A stretch of DNA of 64,000 bases, taken from NCBI GenBank assembly GCA_036676415.1, contig JAKFCX010000013.1, positions 7,361 to 71,360 of the forward strand, in the 5' to 3' direction. Under the pieces are notes generated by a model, which saw only the letters and a program-made list of their open reading frames with translations, was not told the origin of the DNA and ran no database searches. The position numbers and the translations under genes are program-made. This document shows, piece after piece, positions 46,801-54,825 of the stretch (position 1 is the stretch's first letter; the number at the start of each line of letters is the position of its first letter). The stretch comes from Chitinophagaceae bacterium. GTDB taxonomy: Bacteria; Bacteroidota; Bacteroidia; Chitinophagales; Chitinophagaceae.

Positions 46801-47010
46801 TCAACTCTTTTTCTCCATTTTACTGATCTTTTTGTCAAGGCTCAGCAGGTAAAGGAATAATCCAATGACGATCGTCACCACTACAGCCATTACAACATAG
46901 ATCTTTCCATTGCTGGTCATTACATCACCTAATTCTGTTTCCTGTGCATTTGCAGTCATTGTTAAAATACACAGGGCTATCACACCAGCTATCTTTTTCA
47001 GCTTATCCAT
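46801..47010 (-). CDS. ccmD: CcmD-like small membrane protein
   Basis: 69 aa. One C-terminal TM helix followed by a basic tail. Overlaps the ccmC-like stop by 8 nt. Confidence 0.65.
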   Translation of the reverse strand: MDKLKKIAGVIALCILTMTANAQETELGDVMTSNGKIYVVMAVVVTIVIGLFLYLLSLDKKISKMEKKS

Positions 47011-47680
47011 TGATCAGTTTGTTTTGCAGGGTACGTAATCTAATTCTCAGTGTTGTCATCCATACACCTAATAACGTCCAGCCAATTACAGCAGGCCAGA
47101 ATACGATTCTCATAGAAGGAGCAAGATCTCCACCATTTATTCCAGGGTTTCCTTCACTTCCTTGTCCACCAGGATGCAATGATTCTGTAAGTCTTGGTAA
47201 TATCCAGATCGTTGGAAACAACATGAAAAATGCAAAAATGTTGTACACTGCTCCAAGCCTTGCTTTCTTATCATCATCGTTCATAGAGCCACGCAATACG
47301 AAATAAGCCAGGTAAATGAGAATGGCTATTAATGAACCATTTTGCTTTGGATCGCCACTCCAGGGTTGTCCCCATTGATAGTTGGCCCAGATAGCACCTG
47401 TTATTAAACCTAATATACCAAAAATGGTTCCTGTCCTTGCAAACTCAAGAGATTTGCTGTCGTATAAAGGATCAGGCTTTTTCAGGTATTTTATTGCATA
47501 AACTACAGAGATAATGTACAGGATCATCATTCCAAACCACATCGGCACATGAAAAAACATGTTGCGAATGCTGTGCTGGAGACGATCATCAAGCTTGGGA
47601 ATTTCCACCAGAAAACCCATGGTGCAGGTGTACATCAGGAGAATAAAGGCCAATATCTTCCACCAGGATCGAAGCATCAT
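47003..47680 (-). CDS. ccmC: cytochrome c assembly family protein (CcmC-like heme handling)
   Basis: 225 aa from the ATG at 47680 (MMLRSWWKIL...). Trp-rich motif WANYQWGQPWSGDPKQ. The longer ORF starts at a GTG at 47776 and would contain the -7 box at 47735-47742. Confidence 0.8.
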   Translation of the reverse strand: MMLRSWWKILAFILLMYTCTMGFLVEIPKLDDRLQHSIRNMFFHVPMWFGMMILYIISVVYAIKYLKKPDPLYDSKSLEFARTGTIFGILGLITGAIWANYQWGQPWSGDPKQNGSLIAILIYLAYFVLRGSMNDDDKKARLGAVYNIFAFFMLFPTIWILPRLTESLHPGGQGSEGNPGINGGDLAPSMRIVFWPAVIGWTLLGVWMTTLRIRLRTLQNKLING

Positions 47681-47734
47681 TTCTTGTTGTGTTACAGCTT
47701 TATGAATATCAACTGGCTGTATGAAATAGTGGGG

Positions 47735-47742
47735 CAAAATTA
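47735..47742 (-). promoter_or_regulatory. -7 box TAATTTTG upstream of ccmC-ccmD
   Basis: Reverse complement of CAAAATTA, 54 nt before the ATG at 47680. Confidence 0.35.
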
Positions 47743-47888
47743 GGGGTTGCAAACTAACAAATGACAGTTTTTTCACTTGTCGTAAAAAAGCGGCTTTTGT
47801 ATTCTATAGTCAAATTTGACAGGGCACTCTCCAGACTGTTTTATTAACTTTAGGAGAATCAGTGACGTTAACCTTCAATTCTCTGGTA

Positions 47889-48542
47889 ATGATGAGGCGA
47901 GAAACCCTTTTATTGTTGATGTGCTCTATACTAATGCTCAACTTTCGGTGTGACACTGACCAGGTTCAACGACCTTTTGACCATACTTTCGAAATTGAGA
48001 TGAGCATTTTCCCTTTAAAAAAAGCCTATTCGTTAAGCGATACCATCTGGCTGGAAACTCAGGTGGCCGGAAAACAATTATGGGATACGAAGACCAGCCA
48101 GTATTTTTTGGCTGATACCGGTTACCTCTCATTTAATATTTCCTATTATGGATTTGGATTGCAGTCCTGGCTTCCAAACAGCCTGAGTAATGTTATTACT
48201 TTTAACGGTGTAAATAATGACAGGATCATATCACAATGGTCAACCGAGGCTAAAGTGGAAAATTATGGATGTACACAATCCAGCTATAGGATGAGGGTAG
48301 GGTTTAAACCAAATCATGCCGGCACTTATTCTTTACTGTTGCCAAAAGACCTGTTGCTGGGATCCTGCAACAACAAAATCGTTTATTATAATGCCACTAC
48401 CAGCTTTAAGTTTCAGAATGTTGACCTGAACCTTGATGTGTTTAATAGTTTTGCGAGTGCCGAAAATCTTGGTAACGATCAGAAGAAACACTTTACAGGG
48501 AAAATAAGTAACAGGGAAATGTTTGTGTTTAAAGTACAGTAG
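47889..48542 (+). CDS. hypothetical (possibly lipo-)protein lying between ccmC and ccmB on the opposite strand
   Basis: 217 aa from the ATG at 47889 (MMRRETLLLLMCSILMLNFRC...). A GTG at 47862 is an alternative start. No recognised motif. Confidence 0.55.
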   Translation: MMRRETLLLLMCSILMLNFRCDTDQVQRPFDHTFEIEMSIFPLKKAYSLSDTIWLETQVAGKQLWDTKTSQYFLADTGYLSFNISYYGFGLQSWLPNSLSNVITFNGVNNDRIISQWSTEAKVENYGCTQSSYRMRVGFKPNHAGTYSLLLPKDLLLGSCNNKIVYYNATTSFKFQNVDLNLDVFNSFASAENLGNDQKKHFTGKISNREMFVFKVQ

Positions 48543-48592
48543 CTATTGAATTCTTATTAAACATATTCTACAAATAATTCGGCGTCACCATT

Positions 48593-49159
48593 CTAATCCT
48601 TCCATAAGAAAGGAAAGAGAATAATTGCCAATGCCACCACCATTATATCCAGCCCAATTAATAAAAACACCATCTGCCATAAACCTTCCTGTACTACCGA
48701 AGCAAAGGCCGATTCAGAGATCTTCATCAGCAACATTAACTGCGGAATGATGATGGGAAAACCCATAATCGCCATTAATGCAGCCTGTTGCTGTGCTTTG
48801 GCTGCAATTGCGGCCAGAAAAGTAAAAACAAGGCTTAAACTGATTCCTCCCAAACAACAAATGCCAATAAAGCGAAACATGTATTCAAATGGATTACCAA
48901 GCAAAATAATGAAGATGGCCAGGCTCAGCAAACTCATCACCAGCATCAGGAGAACATTGAATATTAGTTTAGAGATAATGAAATCTTTTGCACCTGCAAT
49001 CGAGTAGAAGTACAACATTCTTCCCCGGCTTTCCTGCAAGAAAGCTTTGGCAACAGCATTCACACAAACAAACAACTGAACGATCCAGAATAATCCATTC
49101 CATATCTCATCTTCCGGCTGGTGCATGGATGAATACACAATGTAAATGGTAGATGCCAC
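48593..49159 (-). CDS. ccmB: heme exporter permease CcmB-like (5' end uncertain; frame open up to 49273)
   Basis: 188 aa from the GTG at 49159. Six-TM-type hydrophobic profile ending in ILFPFLWKD. A conserved-looking N-terminal segment is encoded upstream without a canonical start (see findings). Confidence 0.75.
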   Translation of the reverse strand: MASTIYIVYSSMHQPEDEIWNGLFWIVQLFVCVNAVAKAFLQESRGRMLYFYSIAGAKDFIISKLIFNVLLMLVMSLLSLAIFIILLGNPFEYMFRFIGICCLGGISLSLVFTFLAAIAAKAQQQAALMAIMGFPIIIPQLMLLMKISESAFASVVQEGLWQMVFLLIGLDIMVVALAIILFPFLWKD

Positions 49160-49277
49160 ATAAAGTATAACACCATAAAGGCTGTACTGCTGGCGAATTT
49201 CGAGCAGTATATCTTTTTTTATGAGTGTTGATATTTGTGTTACGTTGCTGATGAAATTTGTTTTGCCTGCAAATTAA

Positions 49278-49925
49278 CTATAATAAAACGGGTTGGCAGA
49301 ACCAATAATTATCATGTTTTATTGGGTTCTTTACTTCAACATTCAGTGGCTGAGTGAATAATGGACAGTCTAATACCAGTGTGTGAAATTCACCATTCTC
49401 ACCACACACATCAATATCAATTGATTTCAGTTCCTGTACAAGCTGCTCATCCAATATTTTTCCGAGAAAAGAATCTCCCATTGTTTCCTTGCAGCTTACG
49501 ATTATGGTTTTGATACCACTGTTCAGCATTTGCATTACCAGTTGCTCCCTGTCTTGCTGCCATAGTGGAAGAATAGCTTGCAATCCTGCATTGCTACAAA
49601 CTTTTTCTTCCCAATCCCTGTGAGCCTGGAGATCAATATCACCAAACACAGCAGCATGAAGATCATAACTTGATTTGAGTTGTTGCAAGGCTGATGTGAA
49701 TTTCATTTCATATTCCTGCCAGGAGCTATTAATAAGATGGATTGGAAGATGTGCAGCTTTGGCCTGTGCCTGTAAAATATTGGAAGGAATTCCGTGTGAT
49801 CTTGAGATCTTACCTTCTTCGTTCAATACATTCAATAGAACTTTTGGAATAAAGCCCTGCTCCCTGGTTTTCATCAGAGCAAAACAACTGTCTTTGCCGC
49901 CACTCCAGCTGCACAATACATTCAT
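49278..49925 (-). CDS. Dph6-related PP-loop ATP pyrophosphatase
   Basis: 215 aa. The N-terminal SWSGGKDS PP-loop is typical of the MJ0570/Dph6 family. Confidence 0.8.
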   Translation of the reverse strand: MNVLCSWSGGKDSCFALMKTREQGFIPKVLLNVLNEEGKISRSHGIPSNILQAQAKAAHLPIHLINSSWQEYEMKFTSALQQLKSSYDLHAAVFGDIDLQAHRDWEEKVCSNAGLQAILPLWQQDREQLVMQMLNSGIKTIIVSCKETMGDSFLGKILDEQLVQELKSIDIDVCGENGEFHTLVLDCPLFTQPLNVEVKNPIKHDNYWFCQPVLL

Positions 49926-50417
49926 CTAGTATTCTTTTCTAAATAAGTTTCCTTCATTCTCATAACCCTCATCAATTAAAAGATGTTTTCCATCAGCAGC
50001 CATAGTTGCCAATTCATCACAACGATTATTGTGCGGGTTATCTCCATGGCCTTTCACCCATTTAAAACGAATTTGAAATTGTTTTGATAATTGATAATAC
50101 TGCAGCCACAGGTCTTTATTCTTTTTGCCGCCTTTGAAATCAGTTTTTATCCAGTTATTCAGCCAGCCTTTTTCAACACTGTTTACTATGTACTGGCTGT
50201 CTGTGTAAATGGTTAGCGGAATATTTTTTTTGGTGAGTGCTTCGAGTGCTTTGATCACACCCATCAGTTCCATCCTGTTGTTGGTGGTTAACCGGTAACC
50301 TGCAGAAAGTTCTTTGGCTTTATCGCCCCACATTAATATAGCTCCGTAGCCACCAGGGCCAGGATTGCCACGGCTCGATCCGTCGGTATAAATTATTAAT
50401 GGGTGAGATGTTGACAT
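49926..50417 (-). CDS. rnhA: ribonuclease HI
   Basis: 163 aa. Contains IYTDGSSRGNPGPGGYG, NNRMEL, TDSQY and VKGH..NP.N..CDELA. Confidence 0.95.
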   Translation of the reverse strand: MSTSHPLIIYTDGSSRGNPGPGGYGAILMWGDKAKELSAGYRLTTNNRMELMGVIKALEALTKKNIPLTIYTDSQYIVNSVEKGWLNNWIKTDFKGGKKNKDLWLQYYQLSKQFQIRFKWVKGHGDNPHNNRCDELATMAADGKHLLIDEGYENEGNLFRKEY

Positions 50418-50459
50418 GAATTTTTATGAGGTCAGCTGTATTATTACTATGATACTTTT

Positions 50460-50479
50460 GTTGCGTCGCACTCTTGTAC
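50460..50479 (-). repeat. Family A element (reverse complement GTACAAGAGTGCGACGCAAC), single copy
   Basis: Lies 11 nt after the PhzF-family stop (50490), in the sense orientation of that transcript. Confidence 0.8.
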
Positions 50480-50489
50480 AGAAGTAACG

Positions 50490-51272
50490 TTACTGAACAA
50501 AATATTCTCCCTTCATATACAACTTTCCTTTTCCGCTCATTAGTATACGATCACCTTTTAATTCACAAATTAAAGAGCCACCACGTTGTGAAAGTTGTTT
50601 TGCTATGAGATATGTTTTATTTAATTCCTTACTCCAGTATGCTGTTGTGATTGTATGGGCAGAACCTGTAACAGGATCTTCATTGATACCGCTTGCCGGA
50701 TAAAAACACCTCGATACAAAATCTGTTTCATCTCCTTTAGATGTTACAATCACACCTCTTGCCTCCACTTTACTTAAGGTTAGAAAATCAGGATCAAGTT
50801 GTTCAATTTCTTTTTGTGAATCTAAAACAACCATGTAATCCCAGGCTGCTTTATACACTTTTGCTGAAGGAATTTTCAATCCTTCAAATAATCCTGTCGG
50901 TGCTACGACTTCTACAGGATGATTGGCAGGAAAATCCAAAGTGATCATATCACCATTTCTCGATACCCTTAATTCACCACTTTTACTTTGGAAACGGATC
51001 AGGTTTTCTTTATAACCCAGTTCGTTGAACAACACATAAGCCGATGCTAATGTTGCATGTCCACACAAAGCCACTTCAACAGTAGGAGTGAACCAACGAA
51101 TATGATAACTGCCATCATCCTGCTTTACAAAGAATGCAGTTTCGGCCAGGTTATTCTCCATGCCGAGTTGCTGCATTAATTCATCCGGCAACCATTTGTC
51201 CAATGGACAAACTGCTGCAGGATTGCCTGCAAAAAAATTATCGGTAAAAGCGTCTATTTGGTAGATGGTCAT
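50490..51272 (-). CDS. PhzF-family isomerase
   Basis: 260 aa. Contains MTIYQIDAFT..F.GNPAAV, ETAF, LCGHATLA and EDPVTGSAH. Confidence 0.9.
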   Translation of the reverse strand: MTIYQIDAFTDNFFAGNPAAVCPLDKWLPDELMQQLGMENNLAETAFFVKQDDGSYHIRWFTPTVEVALCGHATLASAYVLFNELGYKENLIRFQSKSGELRVSRNGDMITLDFPANHPVEVVAPTGLFEGLKIPSAKVYKAAWDYMVVLDSQKEIEQLDPDFLTLSKVEARGVIVTSKGDETDFVSRCFYPASGINEDPVTGSAHTITTAYWSKELNKTYLIAKQLSQRGGSLICELKGDRILMSGKGKLYMKGEYFVQ

Positions 51273-51294
51273 TGCGTGAGGGATTAGGGATTAG

Positions 51295-52923
51295 TTAAAC
51301 CTGGAAGACGCCCGTTTTAAATGCCGGGATATTAGGATTATTGTTTGCTGCTTTGATACCTTCAGAAATTACTTTTCTCGTATCGATTGGATCGATGATC
51401 TCATCCACCCAAAGCCTTGCTGCAGCATAATAAGGTTTGGTTTGTTTTTCATACCTGTTCTTGATGGTGTCGAGCAATTCTTTTTCTTCTTCCGGGGTAA
51501 CTTCTTTTCCCTTGGCTTTCATTCCTGCCACCTGTATTTGCGATAAAGTTTTGGCAGCCTGTTCTCCACCCATCACAGCAATTTTAGCAGAAGGCCATGC
51601 ATAAATAAATCTTGGATCATAGGCTTTACCACACATAGCATAATTACCAGCACCATAACTATTGCCCGTGATGATCGTGATTTTTGGTACTACGGAATTG
51701 GCCACGGCGTTTACCAGTTTGGCTCCATCTTTAATAATACCTGCATGTTCACTTCTGCTGCCAACCATAAATCCGGTAACATCCTGGAGAAAAACCAATG
51801 GAATTTTCTTCTGGTTACAATTCATAATGAATCTTGCCGCTTTATCTGCACTGTCATTATAGATCACGCCACCTAATTGGATCTCTCCTTTTTTTGTTTT
51901 GCTCGTTGTTCTTTGATTGGCTACAATACCAACGGCCCAGCCTTCAACTCTTGCATAGCCGCAAACAATTGTTTTACCGTAATCTTCTTTGAATTGCTCA
52001 AATGCCGAATCATCTACAATACGCTCAATGATCTCCACCACATCATAAGGCTTGGTATTTCCTTCTGACATGATGCCATAAATTTCATTTGGATCTTTTT
52101 TAGGTAATATTGATTTTGCCCTGTTAAATCCGGCTGTTGCATTATGCCCAAGTTTTGAAATGATCTTCTTCACCTGGTCAAGGCATTCATGTTCAGTTTT
52201 AAATTTATAATCAGCGATACCTGAAATTTCAGTATGAGTTACTGCTCCACCCAGTGTTTCGTTATCTATGTTTTCTCCGATAGCAGCTTTCACAAGATAT
52301 GGGCCTGCTAAATAAATACTGCCATTTCCTTCTACCATCAGTGTTTCATCACTCATGATCGGCAGGTAAGCACCACCAGCTACACAAGCACCCATAACTG
52401 CAGCAATTTGCGAAATGCCCATTGCACTCATCACAGCATTATTTCGAAAGATCCTTCCGAAATGCTCTTTGTCGGGAAATATCTCATCCTGCATCGGAAG
52501 AAATACTCCTGCACTATCAACTAAATAAATAATGGGAAGCCTGTTCTCCATTGCAATTTCCTGCATCCGAAGATTTTTCTTCCCGGTAATAGGGAACCAG
52601 GCACCAGCTTTTACAGTCTGGTCATTGGCAACAATTACACATTGTCTTCCACTGATATATCCAAGCCCTGCTACCGTTCCTCCTGCAGGACAACCACCCT
52701 CAGCTTCATACATTTCAAATCCTGCAAATGCACCGATCTCAATGAATGGCTCATCTTTATCGATCAAATATTCTATTCGTTCTCTCGGCGTGAGTTTGTT
52801 TTTCTCTCTTTGTTTTTCGATGGCTTTTTTCCCACCACCCAACTTGATTTTTTCAAAAAGCTGTCGGGTTTGGCTTACAGCCATTTTCATCCAGTCTTCG
52901 TTACGGTTGAATTCTATGTTCAT
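51295..52923 (-). CDS. acyl-CoA carboxylase carboxyltransferase (beta) subunit, methylcrotonoyl/propionyl-CoA type
   Basis: 542 aa from the ATG at 52923 (MNIEFNRNEDW...). Has the two-subdomain carboxyltransferase pattern (GGGKKAIEKQ, VANDQTVKAGAW, GNSYGAGNYAMCG). Confidence 0.9.
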   Translation of the reverse strand: MNIEFNRNEDWMKMAVSQTRQLFEKIKLGGGKKAIEKQREKNKLTPRERIEYLIDKDEPFIEIGAFAGFEMYEAEGGCPAGGTVAGLGYISGRQCVIVANDQTVKAGAWFPITGKKNLRMQEIAMENRLPIIYLVDSAGVFLPMQDEIFPDKEHFGRIFRNNAVMSAMGISQIAAVMGACVAGGAYLPIMSDETLMVEGNGSIYLAGPYLVKAAIGENIDNETLGGAVTHTEISGIADYKFKTEHECLDQVKKIISKLGHNATAGFNRAKSILPKKDPNEIYGIMSEGNTKPYDVVEIIERIVDDSAFEQFKEDYGKTIVCGYARVEGWAVGIVANQRTTSKTKKGEIQLGGVIYNDSADKAARFIMNCNQKKIPLVFLQDVTGFMVGSRSEHAGIIKDGAKLVNAVANSVVPKITIITGNSYGAGNYAMCGKAYDPRFIYAWPSAKIAVMGGEQAAKTLSQIQVAGMKAKGKEVTPEEEKELLDTIKNRYEKQTKPYYAAARLWVDEIIDPIDTRKVISEGIKAANNNPNIPAFKTGVFQV

Positions 52924-53043
52924 TCGCAGTTTTTCGTTAGGAGGCAAAGATAAGGAGTGAGGAATGAGAATGAGGAATTGAGTACGATACAGGAATGGTT
53001 AGGCAAAGAAGCTGGAGAAGTTGGATGAATGGAGAACCGAAAG

Positions 53044-54744
53044 TTAGGAAGTGCTATTTAATATATCAGTTGTGTTTTGGGTGATGTTTTTAATGATATC
53101 ATCCATCATTTCAGCAGATTCTTTAAGGTGATGAATGATTTGAATGTTTGCAGGATCACTTAAATTCTCGGTATTAAAAAGATCGACCAGGCCCAGAATA
53201 TTGGCAACAGGTCTTCTGACTTCATGTGATTGGATCCAGGCAATTTTTTTTAGCTGTTTATATTGTGATTCTATCATGTTTAAATGCTGCTGTTGTTTTG
53301 TAATATCTCGTGCAAAGCAGCTGATGCCTACAACATTATCATTTTCGTCACGGATGGGGTTGAAGCTAATTTCTGCATAGATTTCAGTACCCTTAAATAT
53401 TTCTTTTCTCACCACCTTAAACGCAGCTCCGTTAAATGCCTGGTCGAAATATGCTTTCCACGTATCAAAGACAGCAGGATCAAAACTTTCTGCGGTAAGA
53501 TCTTTTGGATTTATACCTGTTATCGCTTCTACTCTTTTCCAAAATGCATTATTCGCTGTAATGATTTGCAGATCTTTTCCGATAGACCAGATAATGTCTG
53601 AAGTGTTATTAATAATGGCTTTGAGATTCTGGTTGTAGCTTGAGAGTCTTTCCCGGAGCAAAAATTGTTCTGTAATATCTAAAAAGTATACTGAAAGTCC
53701 ATTTTCTGAAGGATATGCATTTACTGAAAACCACTTATCGATCGGTGGATAATACTCTTCAAAGTGTACTGAAACATTTTCCTTTACCGCCCTGTGATAT
53801 TCTTTATAGAAATCGAGATTAACTGCCTCCGGAAATAGTTCCCAGATGTTTTTTCCTAATAGCTCTTCTTTCTTTTTGTGGAGCAATACTTCTCCTTCTG
53901 AATTTATGAAGCTAAACTTCCATTCCGTATCAACAGCAAAAAAGCCGTCTGTAATACTTTGAAAAATATTCTGTATCTCATTATTTTTTTGCTGTAGTGC
54001 AAGCTCGGCTTTCACATTCTTATCAATATTCAATGCCAGCACTATCTTCACTGGTTCACCTTCAAAAACCGAATCATGTGAATAAAGGTTCACGTAAAAC
54101 TCTTTCCCGGCTTTATTTCTATGACGCCATCTTCCAATATCATTGAATCCGGTATCAACATTGCTGATGGCTGCTGCTATTTTCTCTGCATCATCAGGAT
54201 GCCGAATCTGGTTAACATTCATTGAGAGCAATTCGCTTTTCGAATATCCATATTGCTGAAGTGCAGCATTGTTAACCGCCACAAGTTTTTGTGTTTCTTC
54301 CTGGAAGATAAACATAGGAGCAGGACTTTCCTCAAACATTCGTATTAGGCTTCCCCGAGTCTTTTCCCTTTCGATTGAATACTGAATAGATTTAGTGAGA
54401 TTAAATGGCGTGAGGTCCGTTTTCAACAGGTAATCCTGGGCTCCCTGGTGGATTGCGATAAGCCCAAACGACTCATCTGCATTAGCTGTAACAGCTATTA
54501 CAGGCTTGTGTGGAAAAACCACTTTCACCCTTTCTATTGTTTCATTGTAAGAAGAGTCTGGTAAACTGAGATCGCTAATGATAATATCAACATTCTCTGC
54601 GATGTGTTTTTTTAATTTGGTTATACCTGTAGCATGGAGTATGTGTTGTCTTTGAAATCCAATTTTTTGCAGGAGACCTTGCATTAATATGAATGCATCA
54701 TGATCATCTTCAATTACTAATATTTTCAGTTTATTGAATTTCAT
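53044..54744 (-). CDS. receiver + PAS + HisKA-like His-box protein, no ATPase domain
   Basis: 566 aa. The receiver looks intact (VIEDD, IISDLSLPD, AVTA, LLK). PAS units are followed by IAWIQSHEVRRPVANILGL. The protein ends 59 aa after the His, and 120 nt of non-coding DNA follow. Confidence 0.85.
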   Translation of the reverse strand: MKFNKLKILVIEDDHDAFILMQGLLQKIGFQRQHILHATGITKLKKHIAENVDIIISDLSLPDSSYNETIERVKVVFPHKPVIAVTANADESFGLIAIHQGAQDYLLKTDLTPFNLTKSIQYSIEREKTRGSLIRMFEESPAPMFIFQEETQKLVAVNNAALQQYGYSKSELLSMNVNQIRHPDDAEKIAAAISNVDTGFNDIGRWRHRNKAGKEFYVNLYSHDSVFEGEPVKIVLALNIDKNVKAELALQQKNNEIQNIFQSITDGFFAVDTEWKFSFINSEGEVLLHKKKEELLGKNIWELFPEAVNLDFYKEYHRAVKENVSVHFEEYYPPIDKWFSVNAYPSENGLSVYFLDITEQFLLRERLSSYNQNLKAIINNTSDIIWSIGKDLQIITANNAFWKRVEAITGINPKDLTAESFDPAVFDTWKAYFDQAFNGAAFKVVRKEIFKGTEIYAEISFNPIRDENDNVVGISCFARDITKQQQHLNMIESQYKQLKKIAWIQSHEVRRPVANILGLVDLFNTENLSDPANIQIIHHLKESAEMMDDIIKNITQNTTDILNSTS

Positions 54745-54825
54745 AGCGATGGATCATGAATCACATTCATTTCCAAGTTACATAAGTTTAAGCACAAAGG
54801 ATTATATACAATAAAAATCATGATT

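Noticed and set aside
52948-53043. Purine-rich quasi-repeats (GAGTGAGGAATGAGAATGAGGAATTGAG ... GGATGAATGGAGAAC)
   Set aside because: These are short degenerate words without a defined unit or a second clear copy. I treat them as low-complexity spacer sequence.
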